From: Welwitschia mirabilis
Taxonomy: Eukaryota
Direction of reading: 5' to 3'
Assembly: GCA_051453625.1 (NCBI GenBank)
Contig: JBOZIK010000001.1
Coordinates: 18,518,089-18,582,088, forward strand
Length of the DNA stretch: 64,000 nucleotides
The translations under genes were made by a program, and so were the position numbers. This document shows positions 53,009 through 64,000 of the stretch, one piece after another (position 1 is the first letter of the stretch; each line of letters begins with the position of its first letter). The notes under the pieces were generated by a model. It searched no databases. It was not told the origin of the DNA and saw only the letters and a list, made by a program, of their open reading frames with translations.

Positions 53009-54084
53009 CTATGTTAATAGATGATTGGTGGATCTTATAAAGATGTCTCTGATTTTGAAGATATTTCTACTATTAAAAAGTTCTATATAGAATGCAATTT
53101 ATTAACAAAAGACATCTTTGATGTTGAAGATGTCTATTCTATAATATGAATTATTTGTCAATTGACATCTATCTTGAAAGTTTAATTATCTAATAGTAGA
53201 TATCTCTAGTAAGGATGACATCTATCATAAAAGATTAACTTGTATTATAGTAGGTAACTCTAAGTTTGGAAGATGTCTCTGAGTTGTGAAAGACATCTAC
53301 TTCAAGAAAGATGTCTTTGATATGAAACACATCTATCCAGCATTTACTATAAAACTACTTTTAAATCACATGAAATTGGTATTTTGACATTACAATTCTT
53401 GGAACAAAGTTTTAACAATAATCTTAGCCATCCAGAAAAATGTAAGATCATCTTTCACACAAGATTTTTCAATATTCTTTCTAGCTAAATCTTTAAGGAA
53501 TTTCATTCTTAATTTAAAATGTGCTTGTTATCAAGATTTACATGAAATAGTGTATCTTTACTTATTTCTTTGAGAGGAATAGTTTAAAACCTTTAAATAA
53601 GAGGAAATATCATTTGCATGTAACATGCAACTTGAAATATTCAAGATTCAACCTTAGATTTACTAGCTGTTCAACATTTCCATTTAAAATCTAGCTATTC
53701 TTAAATAGATCTATTACTTATTTTCAGATTTGAGAAAACAAGAGACAAAATACATCAATAATTCTTTTATTCTTTCATGCAAACATATATGTGAGTGAAT
53801 TCAAGTAGGATTCAAGGATTACTAAAGAAAAAAAAAAACTAAATAATCAAGCAAAAATCATGAAAATTTTTTGGAAAAATTTCTCGAGCATTTCATTCAT
53901 CTCTTTACAAGGCATCAATCTTGTGATTCTACATTAATATTTGGCTTATATAGAAGATTTTGAAGTCATTCCTTATTCTCTAATCCATGTGTGATCTAAT
54001 CCCTTACAAGAGAAACTAACATTACTTTCTAACGTAAATTTTTCTAATCTCACGACTCTCTAAAAATTAACATTAAAACATAAT

Positions 54085-55560
54085 TGTTTACAAGTAAAAA
54101 TTTACATTGTATGTAAGTAAAATTAATTAATTAGCATAGGAAAAGGCATTTAATTCATTGATTTATCATAAAATAATTTCTTTTACCCTTTTTATTATGT
54201 TCTCATGAAAATATGAGTTTTTTCCTAACATTAGTAGGCCTGTTACTACCTTTTGAAGAACATTTTCAAACTTGAAAAAATTCCAATGCAAATTTTTGGC
54301 ACCATTGGCTAAGACTACTGGTGTCGCTAGCTAGAACAACTAGTGCCACTAGCCAAGAGTACTAGCATTACTGAATTTTTAAGATAGACTGAGTCGAAAG
54401 TCATGTTCCTACATTATTTTGGGGGTTTTATTATGATTAAATTATGGGATACGTCAAAAATTGATTAGATTAAATCTTAAACTTTAATGACACATGGCAA
54501 AAGTACAAGACGACACATCGTAGTGACATGTGATAACAACAAGGATGATCACATGGAGGATAGATGACATGACATTTGTGAGTAGTGTCTTCAGTAGTTA
54601 AAAGAGATGTTATTGTCATGTTTGCATAAGAAGACAAAGAATCCTTCTTTATGGCTACATGCCAAAAATTATAACTTCCTCCTTAGTAACTGCCCTAATG
54701 TAATCCCCTTATGTAATGTCCCACTAACTGCTCACCTGATGTAATCATGACCAGCTCTCCAAGCCTTCCCTCATCTATAAAAGGGCTTTGAGCCTCNNNN
54801 NNNNNNATGGATATTTTATTTGCCTAACATGGTGAGAATACCTAAACTGCTAGAATGTCATAGTGTTCATATTTCTTAGGGGTAGATTGTTCCAAGGCTA
54901 GTTGAGAAGTCCTTCATCTCTATCTCTCTCTTCATTAATGTAGAGTATGCTTTCAGTTTTAGTAAAAGGATTGACTTTTAATTATTTCATTGTTAATGAT
55001 TATTCACTTAATATTAGCAATCTTTAGGTGGAACTAGTTCTTAAGTTTCTTTTAATGTTTCATTGTTAATGCACATTCAATTAGTAGTAACAATTTTTAG
55101 ATGAATTTATTTTATTATCAAGTTCTTTCATACCGAGTAAGTTATTTGAGGTTACTTATAAAATATCAGAGTCAATATCATTTGATGAATCTTGTATGCC
55201 TTTTTTCATACTTTCCATGTTTACAAGGAAGATGAAGGATCAATTGGACTAAATAACTCCCCAATATTCATGTAGTGGATGAGATTATGCCTCTATGCCA
55301 AGCCTTAATGACTTGATGATTTTAGTTGTATTTTAAGATACAAGAGTTATTAGAAGAAGGTGGAGCATTAGATCAATTAATTAGACCTTTGGAATACTTC
55401 ATTCCCTTACGACATCAATCAAATATCAAACTAAATCTCAACATCTACTTTTTATTTTGTTGTGATTTCTATTGTAAGTTCTGAGTATCACATAAATTCT
55501 AATGGAAGAATGATACGAGGTTCTACCTAGTTAAATTGGGTTCATTACTATACATGAATA
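54085..55560 (+). repeat. 5' LTR of element H
   Basis: TGTTTACAAGTAAAAATTTACATT...catgaata; TATA ctataaaagggc at ~54775. Confidence 0.85.
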
Positions 55561-58500
55561 AATATTGGCATCATTGCCAGGAATACTAGTACGATAGCTT
55601 TCAAAGAGTCCATAATTTTCTTCTTGCATGTTTTTAGTTAGTTTTTATTTTTCTTGTAATGGATACTTGTCCTTTTTCTAGTCGTACCTAAAATAGTCCT
55701 TTCTCTTTTATTTGTGTGTTTTTCTTTCCTTCTAGTGATGGGTCCCAGTTGTTTTCTAGTGAAACCCAAACTGGTTCTAATTGTTGAGTTTAGTTTTTTA
55801 ATATAGTAGCTAAAATTTCATTTCTACATCTGATATTTCATGTTGCAGGTCTAATAAATTTCCTACATGTTGTAACCAAACCAAGATCATGAATTAAAAA
55901 ATACTAAACTCTAATAATTTTGAGTGTTTTATATTTTATTTCTTATGTAATTTTTAGTTTTTATTCTATTAAATTCCAATAAAATCTTCAAAAAAAATTT
56001 AGAATTTATTTCCCTAGATGTTTCTTTAAAAAATACTATCATTACTGTATAGATGCCATCTGCTTTTTCGCATATTTTTCACTCAAATTCTTCTCTAACT
56101 CTCTTGAATCTCTTAAAACCTTTTTGACATTGGGAATCCTCTAAAGTGGTAAAAAATTTAGGAAAATGTGAACCTTTAGTGAAAATCATAACCCATTTTC
56201 TAAAACTTAACAATGAGTTAGACACTTAACCCATTCGAAACACCTTATGAATCATAATCTGTCTACCCCTATAGTTTTCAGAATTATAATTAACCCAAAT
56301 GAACTATAGGGGACTGCATTCGATTAAAATAAACTCTAGGGAACTACCTTTGATGCAATTAATATTATCTTTAATCCATAAATCCTTTCAACAATAGATA
56401 GACCTTTGGAGAATATTTTTAACCTCATCCATATATAGACTAATGTCCTTGTAATGTTAAGTTTTAAAATCTATATATCAAACAATAGGAATTTAATCCC
56501 ATGCCTTTCATTACCCCTTCAATCTTTATTCTTTGTTCTCATTTTCATATTCATCATTCTTTAATCCTTATCTTTAATATTCCTTTTAATATCCTTCATC
56601 ATTTAACTAATACCTATTATTTTCCTACATCCAACAAGCTACTTTACATTCCTTTAAAGATATCTTTCAAGATTCTTAAAAGGTGTTGTTTAAATAACTT
56701 CTAACATGTCTCAATCTCCCTCAAATTCTTTAGAACAAGCCACTAATAAAACCAATAAAAATATTGAGCAACTTCTTTAATAAACAACTAAGACCAACGC
56801 TCAAGTCCCTAGGGATCTTAACTAATAATAATAAGAAAAACCCCTTATACATTCCATGAACATAAAATCCTTAAAAATTTTGAAAGGATTAACAAGATTA
56901 GAATTAATGTCATCCAAATCATATCCTTTAGGAACGAGAAAGGAGCCCAGGAGAAGAAACCCAATAAAAACCATATAAGAAAAGCCAAGAAGACCTTGAG
57001 TTTCAAAACACCTTAGAGAGTGAATGATTAAGTGCAAATAGGTTCTATAGACATATCAAATGATGATCAATCAGTAGGAAGTAAGCAATCATTTGAGGAA
57101 GATGGCAAATTCGACAGCTACACAATAGAGGATGAATTGATAAGCAACATTAATGAAATGGACAACATTGAAAATGAATTCATCTTTGAACCTCAACCAT
57201 TGTCACTTGAGTAATCACTTGAGAAAGATTTCCTTAATAACATTAATGAAGAGGATAAAATTAGCCAAAAGCCTATTCATAATCCATCCTATGAAGAGTC
57301 TTTATCTTTTTTTTTACCAACCTATTGAGTTAATAATGTCACTTTCATCTTATATTCTAAGTAAGACTCAAATATCAATGACAAAGACAAATCCTCTATA
57401 CTTTTAAAATTATTTTTTAATAAGATTCTTGATGATCATTCATCTTTTCTAATGATTTTTAATTTATCTTTATCTTTACCCCCAAAAGATGTCTTGCATG
57501 AGTTATTGAACAAACAAAAATAGGCTAAAGGATGGACAATTTCTAATTTCAAATGCATTAATTTTACTGCTAGTGTTGATGTTCTTCTGATTTTTATGGA
57601 GTCTTGCGTAGATATTTAGAAGAATTATCTCTCATATTTGAATGATTAGCATAATTTCAATTCATCATTCAACCATTGCATTCACCATTTTGAACCTTCA
57701 TACATGCAGTACCTTAGAAAATCCTTGCAAAATTTTTAATTTCTTCATGTGATTTTAAATTAGATTTCTTTTAGAGTAGATTTTAATTTTAAAATAGATG
57801 TAGATTTTAAAAAAAAGAAAAATGCTAAAAACATTTGTTTTTGATGTCCTTTCTCACCTTAAACTATACAAGTACTACTGCCTATATAATCACTATCTTA
57901 AATATTTTCAAGAAAATCCCAAATACCACCCACAACATAAAATAGATCATCATCATTTTAAGCTCCATCACCCTCTCCTTCCACTTTGGCTGCATCTAAC
58001 AAAGTTCACCAACCATCCTTTCCTTCCATCCATCTACAAGTTTCTAAGATTGAATGATTCTTGCTGATGACCATTAATGAAATAAACCAATAATAAGTGA
58101 TCACATTATCATGGCAAATTAGGTAGAATTTAAGTCTGCTTATAGTTTTTCAATAAAAAGTTTTACTTATTTTTTAGTCAGCTTATTAAAGTTAGTTTTA
58201 CTTAAGGTCTTCTAATTAAAAAATGTAGCTGAACTAAGGTGGAATCTACTTTTATACTATGTTAATTATTTTCAAAGCATTTTATGGAAATAAGATTTTT
58301 TTTGATTAGGTAATGAACCAATGAACCCTTCATGTGCATCAAAATTAACTGAATATGAGGAGTAATTAAAAGAAAATGAAAAACATCCTCTCCAAAAAGC
58401 ACATTATTTAGTGATCAATTAAAAGTTGGATTTAGCTAACTGTATCAGGGTCATGAATGCTCACTGACAATGTAGCTCTAACAATTTATTTTATAACATT

Positions 58501-59951
58501 TTCAACTGCATCAGGGCTATAAATCCTCACTAGCTATGCAACACTAACTCTTTCATACATTAACATACTTAAGTCTATTGGAAAGATATGTTATAACACT
58601 TGATGCTAGATTTGATCTAAATTCTTAAAACAAGAAGCAAAGTATGATCATGAAAAAGGTAAAAATTGGAATGAAAAAGGTGGAACTAAGAGATTCTTTT
58701 GTGTTTACTTTCCTTAGCTTGTATACTTGAAAGTTTGGTCAATGGATTTTTAATTGCTTATAGGTTTACTTAAAGGATATCTTATTTGTTTAATATTATG
58801 ACACTTTTTAAATANNNNNNNNNNNNNNNNNNNNNNNNNNNNNNNNNNNNNNNNNNNNNNNNNNNNNNNNNNNNNNNNNNNNNNNNNNNNNNNNNNNNNN
58901 NNNNNNNNNNNNNNNNNNNNNNNNNNNNNNNNNNNNNNNNNNNNNNNNNNNNNNNNNNNNNNNNNNNNNNNNNNNNNNNNNNNNNNNNNNNNNNNNNNNN
59001 NNNNNNNNNNNNNNNNNNNNNNNNNNNNNNNNNNNNNNNNNNNNNNNNNNNNNNNNNNNNNNNNNNNNNNNNNNNNNNNNNNNNNNNNNNNNNNNNNNNN
59101 NNNNNNNNNNNNNNNNNNNNNNNNNNNNNNNNNNNNNNNNNNNNNNNNNNNNNNNNNNNNNNNNNNNNNNNNNNNNNNNNNNNNNNNNNNNNNNNNNNNN
59201 NNNNNNNNNNNNNNNNNNNNNNNNNNNNNNNNNNNNNNNNNNNNNNNNNNNNNNNNNNNNNNNNNNNNNNNNNNNNNNNNNNNNNNNNNNNNNNNNNNNN
59301 NNNNNNNNNNNNNNNNNNNNNNNNNNNNNNNNNNNNNNNNNNNNNNNNNNNNNNNNNNNNNNNNNNNNNNNNNNNNNNNNNNNNNNNNNNNNNNNNNNNN
59401 NNNNNNNNNNNNNNNNNNNNNNNNNNNNNNNNNNNNNNNNNNNNNNNNNNNNNNNNNNNNNNNNNNNNNNNNNNNNNNNNNNNNNNNNNNNNNNNNNNNN
59501 NNNNNNNNNNNNNNNNNNNNNNAGAATAAAATTTAAAAGAATTTTCAATAAATGTGGCAATTAAATTAGGTATTCTATCTTTTAAATTTGTGGATGATGC
59601 AATTTTCATTAGGTTTCATGTTTTATTTTCTCTTAGATTATATTATGGTCTTATCTAAAATACTTATATTAATATTATTTCCTAGCCTTGTGGTTTATTC
59701 TCAAAAGCTTTGTATTAAATTTTCTCTCTCTTTAAGTTTAAGAACAAAGTTTACTTTTGGTTGGGGGTATGACACCCATTTTTATAGAATTTTTCCAATT
59801 TTGATGCCTTAATTATCAGAAATTAATCAAAATTTTTTGAAGATGATATCATTTCCATAATTAACCATTTTGACTTAGACAAATTTCCCATGTTCATCAT
59901 TTTTGTATCAACCTTTTACTAAGATTCTAATAAAAGTCTAGTTAGGGGTTG

Positions 59952-61383
59952 TGTCTACATGCAAAAATTGAAATTCGACCCAAGTGTAACCGATCAATTT
60001 AGCATAGGAAATGACATTTAATTTATTAATTCATCATAAAATGATATCTTTTACTCTTTTTATCATCTTTTCAAAAAAATATGAGCTTTCCCCTAATATT
60101 AATAGGTTTATTGCTAGCTTCTGAAGAACATTGCTAAACTTGAAGAAATCCCACCACATAACACACTAGCACCACTGGCTAGGACTACTGGCACTATTGG
60201 CTTTCTGATGTAGACTAATTTAAAACTCATGTTGCTACATTATTTTAGGGATTTCATCATAATTAACTCATGTGATGAGTTAGAAATTGATCAAATTAAA
60301 TCTTAAACTTTGACGACGCATGGCCAAAGTATAAGATGACATGTTATAGTGACATGTGGCAGTAACGAGGATGGTCACATGGAAGATACATGACATGGCA
60401 CGTGTTGGTAGTATTATCAATAATCAAAAGACATGTCATCATCATTTTTTCATAAGAAGATAAATAATCCTTCTTTATGCCTAAATTCCAAAAATTATAA
60501 CTTCCTCCTTAAGTAACTGTCCTAATGTAATTCCCTTATGTAACTGCCCACTGACTACTCATCTAACACAATCATGATAAGATTTCCAAGCCTTCCTCAT
60601 TTATAAAAGGGCCTTCAGCCCCCATTTTAATGGATCTTTTGGTTGACTAACATAGTGGAAAGCCTTAAAGTGCTAGGATGTCATGATGTTCTAATCATCT
60701 TTTTTGGGGATGGATTATTCCAAGGTTAGTTAAGGAGTCCTTCATCTTCATCTCTCTCTCCATTGTTGTAATGTTAAGGATTGAGTTTTCATTCTTTCAT
60801 TATTAATGATCATTCACTTGATATTAGCAATCTTTAATAGATTTAGTTCTTAAATTACTTTTAGTCTTTCATTGTTAATGCACATTCAATTGGGACTAGC
60901 GATCTTTAGATGAAGCTATTCTATTATCAAGTTCTTTTGTACCAAGTAAGTTGTTTGAGGTTACTTCTAAAATATCATAGTTATTATTGTTTGAGGGATC
61001 TTTTACACCTTTGTTCATAGTTTCCATACTTATGAAGGACTAGTTGTACTGGATAACTCATTGACACTCATGTGGTGGATGAGATTATGCCTTCACACTA
61101 AGCCTTAATGATTTGATAATTTTAGTTGTATTTCAGGATACAAGAATCATTGAAAGGAGGTGGAGCATTAGGTAAATCAATTAGACATTTGGAGTACTTT
61201 GTTCCCTTATGACGTTAGCCACAGATCAAATTAAATCTCAACATCTAGTTTTTTGTTTTGTTGTGATTTTTATTGTAAGTTAGAATAGTTGTGTTTCTCT
61301 CATAAAGTTACCACATATATCATTGTGTAAAAATAATACTAGGTTCTACCTAGTTAAATCTAGTTCACTACTATAAACAAATA
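59952..61383 (+). repeat. 3' LTR of element H
   Basis: TGTCTACATGCAAAAATTG...acaaata; colinear with 54085-55560. Confidence 0.85.
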
Positions 61384-61439
61384 ATAATCATGAAATGAAG
61401 TACATGATGTGTCTGCATTAAATAACATTTACATCAACC

Positions 61440-64000
61440 ATCCCACATTTGGGACAATGTGGAGATTAGATACTAGGGATAAAAGTATCATGTTTGATTT
61501 AGATGAAGTGGTTCATTTTATANNNNNNNNNNNNNNNNNNNNNNNNNNNNNNNNNNNNNNNNNNNNNNNNNNNNNNNNNNNNNNNNNNNNNNNNNNNNNN
61601 NNNNNNNNNNNNNNNNNNNNNNNNNNNNNNNNNNNNNNNNNNNNNNNNNNNNNNNNNNNNNNNNNNNNNNNNNNNNNNNNNNNNNNNNNNNNNNNNNNNN
61701 NNNNNNNNNNNNNNNNNNNNNNNNNNNNNNNNNNNNNNNNNNNNNNNNNNNNNNNNNNNNNNNNNNNNNNNNNNNNNNNNNNNNNNNNNNNNNNNNNNNN
61801 NNNNNNNNNNNNNNNNNNNNNNNNNNNNNNNNNNNNNNNNNNNNNNNNNNNNNNNNNNNNNNNNNNNNNNNNNNNNNNNNNNNNNNNNNNNNNNNNNNNN
61901 NNNNNNNNNNNNNNNNNNNNNNNNNNNNNNNNNNNNNNNNNNNNNNNNNNNNNNNNNNNNNNNNNNNNNNNNNNNNNNNNNNNNNNNNNNNNNNNNNNNN
62001 NNNNNNNNNNNNNNNNNNNNNNNNNNNNNNNNNNNNNNNNNNNNNNNNNNNNNNNNNNNNNNNNNNNNNNNNNNNNNNNNNNNNNNNNNNNNNNTAGATT
62101 CTTTGTCAACATATGAGCATGATTGCTCCCTCCTTCACCTTTTCTTTTGTGAAGTAATACTTGGTTTTAATATGTTTACTTTTATTGTAAAGAGTGTGCT
62201 CTTAAGAGAGTATTATGATTGGCATATTATCGGCAAACATGTCAACTGGTGTTTTTACGTTTATTTACTATTATTTGAATAATTTTAAATCCATAAAATA
62301 TGTTGGAGAGGGTAATCCATAAAGATGTCTTCAGCTTCAGTAGAGGAAAGAAACACACATATTTGTTTTATTGACTTCCAATAGATTAGATTCCTTTCAT
62401 GAAATATAATGAAGCTAGAAGTAAATTTTCTATCTTCAGTGGATCCAATCCAATTAGCATCATAAGAACAATGAATATCTCCATCTCCTTTTTTAAATTT
62501 TAGTCCAAGTATAAGCGTGCAAAGCACATACCTTATGAGATGTTTCAAAGTAGTAAGATGGCTTTGTCCTGGTTCAACCATATATCTAGATATAAATCAT
62601 ATTGCAAATTCAATATCAGGTCTTATACGATACAAAAATTTCAAAGAGTCTATTATGGACCTATAAAGAGAAGCATCCATCCTCCTTGAAGTGTCTTTCC
62701 TTTTAATTCTGAGATTTTAAGGTAGTGGTGTGGTGGTTGGTTTGCTTTAAGTAGCCTATATTTTTTCTTTATGGCTTGTGCAAATTTTAATTAAAGTACA
62801 ATCATGAATTATTTATCTTGATCAACTTGAATGCCCAAAAAATATTTAAGAATGTTAAAATCTTTCATTTTAAATTCATTTTTCATCTTTCAATCATTTT
62901 CTTAAGTGATATCATAATGAAATGATCATTTGAGTGTTTAAAATATAAAGTTGGCTCTAAAATACATGTTTTGTAGCTTTTTCTAGTTAAGTAATCATTG
63001 ATTCTTCTAAATTAGGTTCCTAAAGCTTGCTTTAGACCATAGAGAGCTTTCTCAGATTTCCAAACTTTGTTTTCTTGACCTTAGAAAACATTTAGACTAG
63101 AAAATATTTACTCCTCCTTTTAAGTTTCTATTTAAAAATGCATTATTTACATCTATTTGATGTAAAAATATCTTTCATGAATAGCTAAAGAAATCATGAG
63201 TTTTATAGTTTCAAACTTAGCAACTACTGTAAAAATCTCTTCATAGTTAATGTGCTTATTTTGCTTGTATCCTATAGCAATCACCCTTGCTTTGTAACCT
63301 ATGATAATGTATTTTTTATTAATTTTTTTTGAAAGTCCATTTGGGGTTACTGATTTTCATTTCTTGGCCTATTCACAAGTTTTCATACGTTATTTTTATG
63401 TATTGCATTCATGTCCTTCTCCATTGCTTCTCTCCAAATCAGAGATTAAAGTTCTTCATCAACTGATCTTGGTTCAGTAATCAAGGTTGAATATGCTACA
63501 TGAGATGTTTCCATGCTCCCTAAAAATTTGTATCTAAAATTTTAAAAACTGGATTTTCTTTGGTAATTCTTAATGGCATAGATGACTAAGAAGTGATGAA
63601 TGGATCACACAAATTATCGTTTTCATAAGACAAGTGTGCTAAACCAAATTTTGATTCATCAAACTATACATATCTAGATATGAAATATTTTCCAGTAATG
63701 GGTTCAAAAGATCTAAACCCATAAGATATTTCGTCATAACCAACAAAAATGCACTTCCTACTTCTAGCATCTAGTTTAGATGTCAATTGATTGGGCATGT
63801 GTACCCAACAAATACAACCAAAAATTTTCAAATGAAACAAATTTGGGACTTTCTTGAAAATTAATGCATATGGAGTCTTATTTTGGTTTGATGAAGTGAT
63901 CACCGAGTTGAGAGAATATGTATCTATAGTGATAGCCTTACTCCAATAAGAATTGGACAATGTACTTTGTGTTAATAAGTAATGTATCATCTCTTGTATT
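61440..64000 (-). pseudogene. Ty1/Copia copy 2 pol (integrase C-terminus, RT, RNase H), disrupted, running off the right edge
   Basis: ORF 63664-63990 (PNLFHLKIFGCICWVH...KLDARSRKCIFVGY), RT remnants at 62600-63430 paralogous to 42720-43735, and ORF 62285-62581 (YDANWIGSTEDRKFTS...WKSIKQ...LSSTEAE). Confidence 0.93.

Larger units (their letters stand above)
54085..61383 (+). mobile_element. Complete non-autonomous Athila-derived LTR element H (~7.3 kb; LTRs 54085-55560 and 59952-61383)
   Basis: Perfect TSD ataat (54080-54084 / 61384-61388). PBS tggcatcattgccaggaa (55566-55583). PPT aagtctagttaggggttg before 59952. No RT/RH/INT motifs inside. Confidence 0.88.
53012..61439 (-). repeat. Central Copia LTR (53012-54084 plus 61389-61439), split by element H
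   Basis: Colinear with 40964-42110 once 54085-61388 is removed. Flanked by a PBS on one side and by PPT/RNase H on the other. Confidence 0.8.

Noticed and set aside
2662-62282. Long ORFs in the track made mostly of X (e.g. 2662-3459, 35155-36513, 58782-59609, 61409-62282)
   Set aside because: They are open only because they cross N gaps. The real residues in 35155-36513 are LINE ORF2 pieces already annotated.

Overview
AT-rich, CpG-depleted plant intergenic/heterochromatic DNA from a gapped draft assembly. I found no intact host gene, rRNA, tRNA or CRISPR array. The window is a nest of decayed retrotransposons. It holds several Athila-type Ty3/Gypsy elements (tRNA-Asp PBS), including two copies of a pol-less non-autonomous derivative, plus other Gypsy fragments and two long solo-LTR-like insertions. 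It also holds a tandem Ty1/Copia pair that shares one central LTR, and one full-length L1-clade LINE (32970-40111) with a 17-bp TSD and poly(A). Several nested insertions resolve to the base through their TSDs. The main discovery candidate is the LINE. After EN-RT-zf-RVT, where many plant LINEs carry RNase H, it continues in frame into an extra ~400-codon region. That region has a 'plant transposon accessory protein'-like domain, a Pro/Ser-rich linker and a clear DnaJ/Hsp40 J-domain (IKSTYRKKALCLHPDKN...FKEINKDFEVL.D) just before the 3' UTR. All coding regions are pseudogenised, and the domain calls come from manual translation and motif recognition, not database searches.
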